NCBI GenBank assembly: GCA_963771465.1
Contig: CAVYTU010000014.1
Location: 768,001 to 832,000 of the forward strand
Source: an uncultured delta proteobacterium
Lineage (GTDB): Bacteria; Desulfobacterota; Binatia; UBA9968
Direction: 5' to 3'
DNA length: 64,000 nt
Numbering within the stretch: position 1 is the first letter of the stretch; each line of letters begins with the position of its first letter. Made by a program: the position numbers and the translations under genes. The notes under the pieces were generated by a model. It made no database searches. It saw only the letters and a list, made by a program, of their open reading frames with translations, and was not told where the DNA came from. Shown piece by piece: positions 42,570 through 56,698 of this stretch.

Positions 42570-43260
42570 TGCGCTCGCCGTTATGACCAAGGCGCCGATT
42601 GCCGGGACCGTCAAGACGCGTTTGCAGCCACTTTTATCCGCCGCGGAGGCGGCGGATTTGGCGTGTGCTTTATTGCTGGACCAATTACATCATCTGCGCG
42701 CGCTGGAAAGCGCCGATCTCTACGTCGCCTTTACACCGCCCCAACAAGAAGCGCTGGTGCAACGGTTGGCGCCCGCGCCGTTCCAGTGTTTTCCCCAGAG
42801 CGAGGGCGATCTCGGCATGCGCATGCACAATATTTTCTCAGTGCTGTTTGCCAAAGAATATAAAAACGTCGTCCTCATCGGCGCCGACTTGCCGCCTATA
42901 CCATTGGATTATTTTGCTCAGGCCTATGACTATCTTGACGGTCCCCAGCCGCGGGTGGTTTTGGGGCCAAGCCGCGATGGCGGTTACTACTTGGTTGGGC
43001 TCAATTGTCCGATGCCCGCCATGTTCGAGAATATGACCTGGAGCCACGACCAGGTTTTCACCCAGACAGTCACCAGGCTCGCGGATCGGGGTATCGAAAC
43101 GCGCCAATTGCCGAGCTGGTTCGACGTCGACACGCCCGCTGACCTGCAGACTCTGATGACCCGAGTGGACGATGCGCACAATGTTTCAATGAAAAATACT
43201 CTCGAATTTCTTCGCCGTCTCGGCCGGCGCCGTCGGCGCGAGAAAACAAAACCGTTGTAG
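42553..43260 (+). CDS. TIGR04282/DUF2064-like (CofC/GT-A fold) arsenosugar-associated transferase
   Basis: KAPIAGTVKTRL, QSEGDLGMRM, IGADLP, LGPSRDGGYYLVG, DVDTPADL. Confidence 0.9.
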   Translation: MPTRANALAVMTKAPIAGTVKTRLQPLLSAAEAADLACALLLDQLHHLRALESADLYVAFTPPQQEALVQRLAPAPFQCFPQSEGDLGMRMHNIFSVLFAKEYKNVVLIGADLPPIPLDYFAQAYDYLDGPQPRVVLGPSRDGGYYLVGLNCPMPAMFENMTWSHDQVFTQTVTRLADRGIETRQLPSWFDVDTPADLQTLMTRVDDAHNVSMKNTLEFLRRLGRRRRREKTKPL

Positions 43261-43457
43261 TTCCCGCGCGCGGCAAATCGGGATCAAAACAGCGGATGCA
43301 CTGGCGCGGCAACTTTGCGAATCATTTTTTTCCACCGAGGTTGTACTTTGTCCGGTAATATTCGATCTTTATTTAGAGATCATCGGTACGAAAAATGGCC
43401 GGGCGATGCGCTGCTTTCGGCGCTCGGGTTATTTGCAACTAGACTCGCGGAGACCCT

Positions 43458-45378
43458 GTGGCTTATCAACCGATTCAAAACTACGGACTGATTGGCGATC
43501 TGCATACCGCGGCTTTGGTCGGAACGGATGGTTCCATCGATTGGCTCTGTTTCCCGAGTTTCGATTCTCCGAGTGTGTTTGGCGCCATCCTTGACGACCA
43601 CAAGGGCGGACGGTTCAAGATCTGCCCTTTGGCGGAAAATGCGACTTACAAGCAGGTCTACTGGCCGGATACAAATGTTCTCATTACGCGCTTTCTCTCC
43701 CCCGATGGCGTCGGCGAAATCGCCGATTTCATGCCGGTGGACGAACCGGACCGCTGGCATGGCCAGCACCAACTGATTCGTCGGGTCCGTGTCGTGCGCG
43801 GCAGCCTGGCTTTTCGCATGCTATGCCAGCCGGCATTCAATTATGCTCGAGACGACCACCGGGTTAAACCTTATCGTGAAGGCGTGGTATTTCACTCGCC
43901 GAGCTTAAGCCTCGCTTTGGCGACTAAAGTGCCCCTCAAGATTTTCGATGCCCATTCGGTTTGCGCCGAGTTTGTCCTTAAAGAGAACGAGACCGCAACG
44001 TTCCTGCTGCATCAAGTGAGTTCGGATACCGATTGCGGCGAGGGGTTGACCGACGGCGAAACTGAGCGTCTGTTCGAAGGCACGGTTGAGTACTGGCGGC
44101 GCTGGATTTCAAAGTGCAGCTACGTGGGGCGCTGGCGCGAGACCGTTCAGCGCTCGGCGCTGGTTCTCAAGTTGCTCACCTACGAACCGACCGGCGCGAT
44201 TATCGCGGCGCCCACGTGCAGCTTGCCGGAAAACATCGGCGGCGGGCGCAATTGGGACTATCGGTATACGTGGATCCGCGATGCGGCTTTCACTCTTTAT
44301 GCGCTCATGCGCATCGGCTTCACTCAGGAGGCCGCCCGGTTTATCGATTGGCTCGAAGCGCGCACGCACGAATTGGAACCCGATGGTTCGCTGCAGATCA
44401 TGTACGGCGTCGACGGCCGTCACGATCTGCAAGAGGAGACTCTGGATCACCTGGAAGGTTATCGCGGCTCGCGGCCGGTGCGCATCGGCAACGGCGCTTA
44501 CAATCAGCATCAGATCGATATTTACGGCGAACTGCTGGATTCGATCTATCTTTACAACAAATACGGCACGCCGATTTCACACGCGCTGTGGAAAGAAACC
44601 CGGCGGATGCTCAATTGGGTCTGCAAGAATTGGCAGACCAAAGACTTCGGCATTTGGGAAGTACGCGGCGAGCCGCAGGATTTTGTTTATTCAAAACTGA
44701 TGTCTTGGGTGGCGCTCGATCGCGGGTTGCGGCTTGCGGAAAAGCGCTCGTTTCCGGCTGATCGCAATGTCTGGCTCAAGAATCGCGACGCGATTTATGA
44801 GGAGATTTTGACCAAAGGCTGGAGTGAAAAGCTGCAAAGTTTCACGCAATACTACGGCAGCGAATCCCTAGACGCCGCCAATTTGTTGATGCCTTTGGTC
44901 TTTTTTGTTTCACCCACCGATCCGTCGATGCTGCGCACGATCGAGGCGGCCGTGCGCCCGCTCGCCAGCGGCGGCTTGATGTCGAATAGCCTCGTCTATC
45001 GCTACCATTCAAAAAGAAAGATCGATGGCCTGGAAGGGGACGAGGGCACGTTCAATATGTGCACCTTTTGGCTCGTCGAAGCGATGACGCGGGCGGGACG
45101 CACCGATAGAACGGCAGCTCGAACAGGCGCGGTTGATTTTCGAGAGCATGTTGGGCTACGCCAATCACCTCGGTCTTTACGGCGAAGAAACCGGTCCCTG
45201 CGGCGAGACTTTGGGCAATTTCCCCCAAGCGCTGACCCATTTGGCGCTGATCAGCGCCGCGTTCAATCTCAACCGCGCGCTCGGCGCCAACGAGCATGAT
45301 TGGCCGGGATTGCCGGGCTCCGGCCTGCGCGATGGCTCCGGCGCCGGCGCGGAAAGCAAAGGCGAAACGAAAAAATAA
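43458..45378 (+). CDS. Glycoside hydrolase family 15 (trehalase/glucoamylase-like), frameshift near 45110
   Basis: [36 protein letters not shown]; C-terminus NHLGLYGEE...GNFPQALTH is in the shifted frame. Confidence 0.88.
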
Positions 45379-45566
45379 AAATACCGAATAACTGCGCTAA
45401 AAAGTTGGGCGCTGTGTTAATGAACCATTAAAAAAAATATTTTTGGCGATGCTGCGAGCGCAGCGCCGGGGGCGGGCCTTATCATGGCGGCATGAATGCA
45501 ATATGATAAACCACGTAAACGTCTGGTTCGGAATATCGATCTTTAAGAAAGTAAGTGGAGGACGGG

Positions 45567-47621
<2,055 letters not shown>

Positions 47622-47623
47622 AC

Positions 47624-48082
47624 ATGCGCATCGTCATCGGCGCCGACCATGCGGGCTTTGATTTGAAGCAGACTATCGCCGCCGATTTGCGCCGGCAGGG
47701 ACACGAGATTATCGACAAGGGAACCGACAGCGACGATGCCGTGGATTATCCCGATTTTGCCGAAGCGGTGAGCGGCGTGCTGCGCGCCGGCCAGGCGGAA
47801 CGCGGCGTATTGGTCTGCGGCAGCGGCGTCGGCGCGTCGGTGTCGGCCAATAAGATTCCCGGTATCCGCGCCGGCTTGTGTCACGATACTTATTCGGCGC
47901 GCCAGGGCGTCGAACATGACGACATGAATATCTTAGTCCTCGGCGCGCGGGTTATCGGCGTTGAAATGGCGCGCGAGCTGGTGGACCATTTTCTGGCGGC
48001 GAAGTTTAACGGCGAAGAACGCCACCGAAGGCGCGTCGAAAAGATTAAGGCATTGGAACGGCGCTATGGCAAAACCGCTTGA
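47624..48082 (+). CDS. rpiB: Ribose-5-phosphate isomerase B
   Basis: [33 protein letters not shown]. Confidence 0.95.
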   Translation: MRIVIGADHAGFDLKQTIAADLRRQGHEIIDKGTDSDDAVDYPDFAEAVSGVLRAGQAERGVLVCGSGVGASVSANKIPGIRAGLCHDTYSARQGVEHDDMNILVLGARVIGVEMARELVDHFLAAKFNGEERHRRRVEKIKALERRYGKTA

Positions 48083-48094
48083 AGGAGACATGAC

Positions 48095-50849
48095 ATGAAT
48101 CCTTTGAAAGAACTTGGCGAACAGGGCCAGTCGATTTGGCTCGATTACATTCGACGAAATCTAATTCGCAGCGGCGAGTTGAAGCGCATGGTCGACGACG
48201 ACGGCATCCGCGGCGTGACCAGCAACCCGACGATTTTTGAAAAGGCGATCGCCGGCAGCACCGACTACGACGACGCGCTGGGTGAGATGCTGGCGCGCGA
48301 CGGTAACGCCGAGGTCGAAAAACTCTACGAGCCGCTCGCCATCGAAGACATTCAAATGGCGGCCGATGTGCTGCGTCCGGTTTACGACGCCACTAACGGT
48401 GAAGACGGCTACGTGAGCCTCGAAGTGTCGCCGCACTTGGCGCACGATACGCAACGGACGATCAACGAAGCCAAGCGACTGCGCGCGGCGGTCAACCGGC
48501 CCAACTTGATGGTCAAGGTGCCGGCGACGAGCGCCGGCATACCCGCCATCGAACAGCTGATCGCCGACGGACTGAGCATCAATGTGACCTTGATGTTCTC
48601 CATGGGCCATTACGAAGCGGTGGCGCGCGCTTATGTGAAAGGCTTGGAGCGGTGCGCGACGCCGGCCAAAGTCGCCTCGGTGGCGTCGTTCTTTGTCAGC
48701 CGGGTCGACACCGCGGTCGACAAGGAATTGGAAAAAAACGGCACCGCGGAAGCCAAAGCGCTCGCCGGCAAGATCGCCATCGCCAATTCCAAAGTTGTCT
48801 ATCGCCGCTTCATGGAAATCTTTCACGGCGAAGGGTTCGCGGCGCTGCGTAGCCGTGGCGCGCGCGTGCAGCGGCCTTTGTGGGCGAGCACGGGAACCAA
48901 GAATCCGGCTTACTCCGATGTGCTTTATGTCGAGAACTTGATCGGCCCGGAAACGGTCAATACGTTGCCGCCCGATACCATCACCGCTTTTCGCGATCAC
49001 GGCAAGATTCCCGGTGCGACAGTCAAAACGGGTTTTGACGAAGCCGACGCGGCCCTGGCCCAGTTGGCGAAGCTTGGCATCAATCTCGATGCGATCACGG
49101 AAAAACTGCAAGTTGACGGCGTAGCGGCGTTCTCGGCTTCCTTCGATCAGCTGATGGGCGCGTTGGAAAAAAAGCGCAGCGCCATGGTTGGCGTTAGGTT
49201 GAACCGCCAAGAGCTTCGTCTCGGCAAATACCGCAAGCGCGTGGAAAAACGGCTCAAGGAGTGGCAGGACGCGCAAGTCGCCAGCCGTATTTGGAATAAG
49301 GATCATACCGTTTGGTCGAAGGATACGCAGCCTGAACTCACCGATCGCTTGGGCTGGCTCGAACTGCCGGAGACGATGGCAAAACAGGTGACGCCGCTTC
49401 GCTGCCTTCGCCGACAAAGTCAAAGCCGACGGCATGAAACATGTCGTGCTGCTCGGCATGGGCGGGTCGAGCTTGGCGCCAGAAGTGTTTCAAGAAACTT
49501 TTGACAATGCGCCGGGCTATCCAAAGTTACGCGTGCTCGATAGCACGCATCCCGCGGCGGTCAAGGCGGTGGAGCGCGAGATCGATTTGGCGCGCACGAT
49601 CTTTCTGGTGTCGAGCAAGTCGGGGACGACGACAGAAACCAATTCATTTTTCTTTTACTTCTGGGACAAACTAAAAAAACTCGGCGCCGATCCCGGCCCG
49701 CACTTCGTCGCCATCACCGATCCGAATACAGCCCTGGAAAAGCTCGCTAGGGAGCGAAACTTTCGCGCTATTTTCAATACGCCGGAAGAAGTCGGCGGGC
49801 GCTACTCCGCCTTGACCCTATTCGGCTTGGTGCCGGCGGCATTGATCGGCGTCGACATCGGCGCCGTGCTGGCGCGCGCCCAGCGCATGAGCGCAGCCTG
49901 CGGCGCGGCGACCGCTGACAGTAGCAATCCCGGCATGATACTCGGTGCCGCTTTGGGCGAGCTGACTTTGGCCAAGCGCGACAAGGTGACGTTTATTTGT
50001 TCGGCGTCGTTGGCGGCATTTCCTTCTTGGGTCGAACAATTGATCGCCGAGAGCACGGGCAAGGAGAAAAAAGGCATCGTGCCGGTGGCCAACGAGGGTG
50101 TCAGCGCGCCGGAAAAATACGGCAGCGACCGCTTCTTCGTTTATCTCAGATTGGCCGGAGATGAAAATCACACGCTCGACCGCCAAGTGGCGGCGCTGGA
50201 GGCCAACGGTCATCCGGTGGCGCAGATCGATGTGAACGACAAGCATGACCTCGGCCAAGAATTTTTCCGCTGGGAGTTCGCCGTGGCGGCGGCCGGCGCG
50301 GCGCTCGCTATCAATCCATTTAACCAGCCCGACGTGCAACTAGCCAAAGACTTGTCCAAGAAGGCGATGAGCGAAAGCGGCGCGAGCGGCACGAAATTCA
50401 AGGATGAAATCGCCGCCGCGGACAGCGCCGTACTGAGCCAAGCGGTAAGCGCTTGGCTCGGCAAGAAAAAGGCGCGCGATTATGTCGTCGTGCAGGCGTA
50501 CATCGAGCCGTCAGCGGAAAATTCAAGCAGTCTGCAAGCGCTCTGCGCCACCATTCAAAGCCGATTGGGGGTCGCAACGACTTTGGGCTTCGGCCCACGC
50601 TTCCTCCATTCCACCGGTCAGCTCCATAAAGGCGGCCCCAATTCGGTGCTAGTGCTACAGATCGTCGATGTGCCCGTCGATAATCTTACTGTACCGGAGA
50701 CGAACTATACGTTTGACGCATTGATCCAGGCCCAGGCGATCGGCGATTTTACCGCGCTGAAGCAAAGACGGCGGCGTGGGCTCAGAGTCAATCTCGGCGG
50801 CGATGTTGCCGGCGGTTTGACGCGCTTGATCGATTCGATACGCGGATAG
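48095..50849 (+). CDS. Bifunctional transaldolase / glucose-6-phosphate isomerase fusion, frameshift near 49403
   Basis: [27 protein letters not shown] (Tal) run into RLGWL; removing one base joins [34 protein letters not shown] (Pgi). Confidence 0.88.
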
Positions 50850-50879
50850 TCCGAATTCTCCAGGGAAGGAGAAATTACA

Positions 50880-51776
50880 ATGGAACTAGGCATGATCGGG
50901 CTCGGCCGGATGGGTGCTAACATGACCGAGCGGTTGGTGCTCGGCGGCCATCAGGTGGTTACTTACGATCGCAGCGCCGAGGCGATCCAACGGGTCGTTG
51001 ACAAGGGCGCCACGGGCGCAGTGTCGCTCGCCGACTTCGTCAAAAAATTATCGCTGCCGCGGGCCATCTGGCTGATGGTGCCGTCGGGCGATCCGGTGGA
51101 TCAGACGATGGATCAGTTGCTGCCAAACTTGACCAAAGGCGATATCATCGTCGACGGCGGCAACTCCAACTACAAAGATTCGATCCGGCGCGCCGAAAAA
51201 ATGAAAGCTCACGGCATGCACTTCATCGATGCCGGCACCAGCGGCGGCATTTGGGGTTTGCAGAACGGCTACTGCCTGATGGTCGGCGGCGACAAAGAAA
51301 TCGTCGGCCGTTTGGAACCGATTTTTCTCACTCTCGCGCCCAAGGATGGCTATCTCCACGCCGGACCGAACGGCGCCGGCCACTTCGTCAAGATGATCCA
51401 CAACGGCATCGAGTACGGCATGATGCAAGCCTACGGCGAGGGCTTCGAGTTGCTCAAAGCTTCTCAGTTCGATCTCGATTTAGCAAAAATTTCTCACCTG
51501 TGGAATCAGGGCAGCGTGGTTCGCTCTTGGTTATTGGAGCTCTGCGAGAGCGCTTTTGAAAAAGATCCCAAGCTCGACTCGATCAAAGGTTACGTCGAAG
51601 ATTCCGGCGAAGGGCGCTGGACGGTCATCGAGGCGATCGAACGGGGCGTGTCGGCGACGGTTTTAGCCCATTCACTCTTCGCCCGCTACGCGTCGCGCCA
51701 GCAGGATGCATTTTCCAACAAAGTTATCGCCGCGCTGCGCAACGAGTTCGGCGGCCACGCGGTGAAAAAGGGCTAG
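50880..51776 (+). CDS. gnd: 6-phosphogluconate dehydrogenase (decarboxylating, short form)
   Basis: GLGRMG, DGGNS, GTSGG, KMIHNGIEYG, RNEFGGH. Confidence 0.95.
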   Translation: MELGMIGLGRMGANMTERLVLGGHQVVTYDRSAEAIQRVVDKGATGAVSLADFVKKLSLPRAIWLMVPSGDPVDQTMDQLLPNLTKGDIIVDGGNSNYKDSIRRAEKMKAHGMHFIDAGTSGGIWGLQNGYCLMVGGDKEIVGRLEPIFLTLAPKDGYLHAGPNGAGHFVKMIHNGIEYGMMQAYGEGFELLKASQFDLDLAKISHLWNQGSVVRSWLLELCESAFEKDPKLDSIKGYVEDSGEGRWTVIEAIERGVSATVLAHSLFARYASRQQDAFSNKVIAALRNEFGGHAVKKG

Positions 51777-51781
51777 GGCTG

Positions 51782-53325
51782 ATGGCGAGCGATCCGCACG
51801 ATTATGTCCCCGCCGGTTTGAGCCAGGTGAAAAAGCCGCATGGCTGCGTGATGGCCATCTTCGGCGCTTCTGGCGATCTCACCAAACGAAAGCTGATTCC
51901 CGCGCTTTACAATCTGGCTTTGGAAAAGCGGCTGCCGGAGCGCTTCGCCGTGGTCGGGTACGCGCGCAGCGAGATGACCGATGAGTCGTTCCGTGACAAA
52001 ATGCGCGAAGCGGTCAAAGAGTTTTCCCGCACCGGGTTGAAAGACGACGTCTGGCAGCAGTTCGCCAAAACGCTTTACTACGTGCGCGGCGGCTACGAGG
52101 ATCACGATGGCTTTCAGAAGTTAAAAGAGTTCGTCGAAGGGTTCGACCGTGGCAGCCGGGTGTTGCCGGCGCGGGTTTTCTATCTCGCCACGCCGCCGGA
52201 CGTCTATGAAAAATTGATCGAATGCATTGCCGGCGCGGGCTTGGCACCTAAGGAAACTCGATGGTGAGCCGCGCGCCCGCGTGGTGATCGAGAAACCGTT
52301 CGGCACCGACTTGCAAACTGCGCGCGAGCTCAATCGCCGCATTCACGAATTCTTGGATGAGCGGCAAATTTACCGGATCGATCACTACCTCGGCAAAGAA
52401 ACCGTGCAGAACATCATGGTGTTCCGTTTCGCCAACGCGGTGTTCGAGCCGATCTGGAACCGGCGCTACGTCGACCACGTGCAAATCACCGCGGCCGAAA
52501 CCGTGGGGGTGGAAAACCGCGGTGGCTATTACGAACAAGCCGGCGTGGTGCGCGACATGTTTCAAAACCATTTGCTGCAGCTCCTCTGCATGACGGCGAT
52601 GGAGCCGCCGGTGGGGCTCGATGCCGACTCGGTGCGCGATGAGAAAGGCAAGCTGCTCAAGTCGGTTCGTCCCGTCGCGTCGGAGGAAGTCGCGGCCGCG
52701 GCGGTGCGCGGCCAGTACGGGCCCGGCAGGATAGACGGTCGAGGAAATGGTCGGCTATCGACAAGAGCCTGGCGTCGCGAAGAATTCCACGAACGTCACC
52801 TATGCGGCGATCCGGTTCTTTATCGACAACTGGCGCTGGGAAGGCGTGCCGTTTTATCTGCGCTCGGGCAAGCATCTGGCCAAGCGCGTCTCCGAAATCG
52901 CCATTCAGTTTAAGCGCCCGCCAATGCTGCTGTTCAAATCCCATGCCGTCGAAGACGTCAACCCCAACGTGCTGGTCATGCGCATTCAGCCCGATGAAGG
53001 CGTGTCTTTGACCTTCGAAGTCAAACCGCCAGGACACGACATGGTCATCCGCCCATTGAGCCTTGATTTTAACTACGAGGAATCTTTCGGCAACAGCCCG
53101 CCCGAGGCGTACGAAACGCTTCTGGAAGATTGCATCGAGGGCGATTCGACATTGTTCACGCGCCATGATTGGGTGGAGTTGGCTTGGTCGCTGGTGGATC
53201 CGATTATTCAGGTTTGGAATCTGAGCAAGCCGAGAAATTTTCCCAACTATGAGGCCGGCTCGTGGGGGCCGAAGGAAGCCGACGAGTTCATGCAACGCGA
53301 CGGCCGGCGCTGGCGTAAACCGTGA
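51782..53325 (+). CDS. zwf: Glucose-6-phosphate 1-dehydrogenase, frameshifts near 52257 and 52740
   Basis: [11 protein letters not shown] / [14 protein letters not shown] / [20 protein letters not shown] spread across three frames. Confidence 0.9.
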
Positions 53326-54380
53326 GCGAAGAAAAATCAGCCGCAACTACGCAAGGCAGGCAAAAGAAGAAATCGCCTATGGCCCATAGAGATCTCGTCC
53401 TCGCCGGCGATATCGGCGGCACCAAAACTAATCTCGCGCTGTTCTCGGTGCACGGTGAAAAACTGCGTTCCGAATCGCTGCAGACGTTTCCGAGCAAACA
53501 ATATTCAGGTCTGGTGCCGGTGTTGAAAGAATTTCTCGCCCGCGATGACCATAGCATCGACGCGGCTTGTTTCGGCATCGCCGGCCCGGTGGTTGACGGC
53601 AAAGTCAAAACCCCCAATCTGCCCTGGATGATCGATACGGCTGAATTACGCCGCGCCTTGAAACTCGATTCCGTCATCCTGCTCAACGATCTCGAAGCCG
53701 GCGCCTATGGGATCTTTACTCTGGACGATGATGAACTTTACACCCTCAACAAAGGCATCATGCGCCAGTCGGGTAGCAAGGCGCTGATCGCCGCCGGCAC
53801 GGGACTCGGCCAAGCGATCTTGTACGACGACGGCCGCCACTTTCATCCGCTCGCTTCCGAAGGCGGCCACGCCGACTTCGCGCCGCGCGACGAGTTGGAA
53901 ATCGAGCTGCTGCGTTACTTGATCGGCCGCTTCGGTCACGTGAGCTACGAACGGGTGCTTTCCGGTCCTGGACTTTTTAACATTTATCGCTTCTTGAAAG
54001 AGAGCCGCGGCATGGAAGAGCCGAAATCACTCACCGAGCAGTTCGCCGCCGCCGCCGATCCGAGCGCCGTGGTTTCCAAGGCGGGGCTCGCCGGCGAGGC
54101 CGAAATTTGCGTGAAGAGTTTAGAATTGTTCGTCTCGCTCTACGGCGCGGAGGCGGGCAATCTCGCACTACTCGCGAAATCGGTGCGCGGTCTTTACATC
54201 GGCGGCGGCATCGCGCCCAAGATTCTCGCCAAACTGAAAGACGGGACCTTCATGCGCGCGTTCGTCGACAAGGGACGCTACACCGACCTGCTCGCGGGTA
54301 TTCCCGTTCAAGTGGTGCTCAACGATAAAGCGGCGCTGCGCGGCGCCGCCTACTACGCCGCGTATCTCGCCGGTGACTAA
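53322..54380 (+). CDS. glk: Glucokinase
   Basis: GDIGGTKT, GIAGPV, LLNDL, GTGLG, SEGGH, YIGGGI. Confidence 0.95.
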   Translation: MSEEKSAATTQGRQKKKSPMAHRDLVLAGDIGGTKTNLALFSVHGEKLRSESLQTFPSKQYSGLVPVLKEFLARDDHSIDAACFGIAGPVVDGKVKTPNLPWMIDTAELRRALKLDSVILLNDLEAGAYGIFTLDDDELYTLNKGIMRQSGSKALIAAGTGLGQAILYDDGRHFHPLASEGGHADFAPRDELEIELLRYLIGRFGHVSYERVLSGPGLFNIYRFLKESRGMEEPKSLTEQFAAAADPSAVVSKAGLAGEAEICVKSLELFVSLYGAEAGNLALLAKSVRGLYIGGGIAPKILAKLKDGTFMRAFVDKGRYTDLLAGIPVQVVLNDKAALRGAAYYAAYLAGD

Positions 54381-55125
54381 CCGAGAAATTATTATCTGCC
54401 GCGACATCGGCGAACTCAGCCGCAAGGCGGCAGAGCAATTCGTCGCACTGGCGCGCCAAGCGATCGCCGCCCACGGACGCTTCAGCGTCGCGCTCTCCGG
54501 CGGTTCAACGCCGAAGGCGCTTTACTCGACGTTGGCAACCGCGGAATTCAATTTGCAGCTCGCGTGGCGGCAAATTCATCTTTTCTGGGGTGATGAGCGC
54601 TGCGTGGCGCCGGATCATGCCGAGAGCAATTTTCGCATGGTCAAAGAATCGCTGCTGTCGAAGATACTCATTCCCGCCGAGAACGTGCATCGCATGATCG
54701 GCGAATTGGAGCCCGCCGCCGCCGCGGCGGCATATGAGACCGAGCTGCGGCAATTTTTCTCGTTGTCAGCGAAACAGTTGCCCCGCTTCGATCTGATTCT
54801 TCTCGGACTCGGCGAAGATGGCCATACGGCGTCATTGTTTCCCCAGAGTTCGGCGTTGAACGAAACCGAGCGTTTGGTAGCGACGACGTATGTCGAAAAG
54901 CTCGACGCGCATCGGCTGACGCTGACGTTTGCCGTGATCAACAACGCCGCGCAGATCACTTGCTCGATCGCCGGGCAGAGCAAAGCGGCGATCGTGAAAG
55001 AAATTCTAACTACCGAAAAGTGCGACTACCCCGCCGCGAGGATTAGGCCCGAGAACGGTCAATTGATCTGGTTAGTCACTCAAGACGCCGCCAGCGATCT
55101 GGCAATCGGATCAACTGTCATTTGA
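54373..55125 (+). CDS. pgl: 6-phosphogluconolactonase
   Basis: ALSGGSTP, WGDERCV, LGLGEDGHTASLFP. Confidence 0.95.
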   Translation: MTNREIIICRDIGELSRKAAEQFVALARQAIAAHGRFSVALSGGSTPKALYSTLATAEFNLQLAWRQIHLFWGDERCVAPDHAESNFRMVKESLLSKILIPAENVHRMIGELEPAAAAAAYETELRQFFSLSAKQLPRFDLILLGLGEDGHTASLFPQSSALNETERLVATTYVEKLDAHRLTLTFAVINNAAQITCSIAGQSKAAIVKEILTTEKCDYPAARIRPENGQLIWLVTQDAASDLAIGSTVI

Positions 55126-55708
55126 TTTTGGTTAATTCGCGGCGAATCTGCTCGTTGGTCGCTCGTTTCTGGTAATTCACTTCGACAAATTTCCACCGCA
55201 CCACCCCTTTCGGATCGATCACGTAAGTCGACGGATGCGGCCAGCCCTTGCCGTCCGAGTTAAAAATGCCGTAGCGGTCGATCACTTTGTGATCTTTGTC
55301 CTCGAGCAACGGGAAATCGAACTCGCCGTCGAAACGTTTGCGTAGCATCTCGCCGAATTTCTTCGATTCCTCGTGATTGTCAACGCTGACGGCGAGGATT
55401 TGGACTTTGTCTTTCTGCGTTTTGGTTAAAAGGCTTTTCAGCTTCCCGAGCTGTTCTATGCAGAAAGTTCACCAATAGCCCCGGTAGAAAACCAAGACGA
55501 CGGACTTCTTGGCGCGGAAGTCCGATAAACTAATCGCTTTGCCGTCACTATCTTCAAGCGTAAAATCAGGCGCCGGTTGGCCGACCTTGACACGGTCGAT
55601 ATCGGTCGCGGGTTGAGTCACGGGATCTTTTGGGCCCAACTGGGCTAACGCGGCGGCGCTCACTGTGCCGGCCAAGACTAAGGCTGCCAGGGTCAAAGAT
55701 GTTTTCAT
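55118..55708 (-). CDS. Probable selenocysteine-containing exported peroxiredoxin-like (AhpC/TSA) protein, 196 aa
   Basis: ORFs 55469..55708 and 55118..55348 share one frame separated only by TGA (55471-55469); read-through gives VLVFYRGYW-U-TFCIEQLGKL...LAVSVD...FPLLED...PSTYVIDPKGVVRW; TGA sits at the first Cys of the family FYRGxWCPxC motif. Confidence 0.85.
55411..55468 (-). promoter_or_regulatory. Candidate bacterial SECIS element
   Basis: Apical hairpin CAGCU-CGGGA-AGCUG with the loop 20 nt after UGA; flanking CUUUCUGC can pair with GCAGAAAG. Confidence 0.6.
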
Positions 55709-55747
55709 CGAATTTCTCCTACCAATGAATAACCCACGCTGAGGTAT

Positions 55748-56575
55748 TTAGTTCCCGGGAAACTGCCGTGAAATCGCGGCGCGCGCCGGTATGGTTACAT
55801 AGGGGCGAAAGCGGCGTTGAGCGATGGCGCGGAATAAGCCCGGCGCGAACCGTTTGAGCGCGCACACGAGCGCGAGCCAGCGCGGCATGACCACTTCGAA
55901 CTGGTTTTTCTCGATGGCGCCGATGACTGCGTGCGCAACCGCCGCCGGGTTGATGTACAGCTGGGGCGGCGATTTGGGTTCGCTGTCTTCGAACTCGTGG
56001 CTGAACTGCGTGCTGACGGGTCCGGGGCAAACCACCGAAACGTTGATGCCTAGCGGTTTGAGCTCGTGGTAAAGGCTCTCCGACCAGCCGTTCATGGCGA
56101 ATTTCGACGCGCAGTAACCCGCCATGTTGAGCGTGCCGATCTTGCCGGCGCCCGAGGAGATATTGACGATATGGCCCGACCCTCTGGCGATCATCGATGG
56201 CAGGACTGCATGGGTGCAGTAGACGGCGCCGAGATAATTCGTCCGCATGATCGCTTCGATCGTTTCCACCGGCGTGTCGACAAAGGGTTTGCGCATGCCA
56301 ATACCGGCGTTGTTAATCAAGATATCGATCCTGCCGAAATCGGCGAGCACTTTAAGCATCATGTCGTTAACTTGCTCGGCGTCGCCAATGTCGCAAGCGA
56401 TCATCAACGACTTGGGATCGGATTTGCGAACTGCTTTAAGAGTTTCGACCAGCCGTTCGCGCGCCCGGCCGCAGCCGACGACAACGGCGCCTCGGGCGGC
56501 GAGATCGATGGCGAGCTGTTTGCCGATACCATCTGACGCGCCGGTAATGAAAATGATTCGATCCTTAAGATCCAT
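55748..56575 (-). CDS. Short-chain dehydrogenase/reductase
   Basis: TGASDGIG, NNAG, SS, YCASK, CPGPV. Confidence 0.92.
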   Translation of the reverse strand: MDLKDRIIFITGASDGIGKQLAIDLAARGAVVVGCGRARERLVETLKAVRKSDPKSLMIACDIGDAEQVNDMMLKVLADFGRIDILINNAGIGMRKPFVDTPVETIEAIMRTNYLGAVYCTHAVLPSMIARGSGHIVNISSGAGKIGTLNMAGYCASKFAMNGWSESLYHELKPLGINVSVVCPGPVSTQFSHEFEDSEPKSPPQLYINPAAVAHAVIGAIEKNQFEVVMPRWLALVCALKRFAPGLFRAIAQRRFRPYVTIPARAAISRQFPGN

Positions 56576-56698
56576 GACTCACAGTTAAGGTTTTCCGGAA
56601 AGACGCTAAGACTACCAAGCTAAGACAAGTCCGAAGATATTTCCGCTGTAAATTTTGACTTGATGTGCGTGTGGTTTGTCATCCAATCTCCCTGAGGT

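Noticed and set aside
49381-52760. Programmed frameshifting in tal-pgi and zwf
   Set aside because: No slippery heptamer or SD-stop cassette; same single-base insertion pattern as in unrelated genes, so more likely sequencing error
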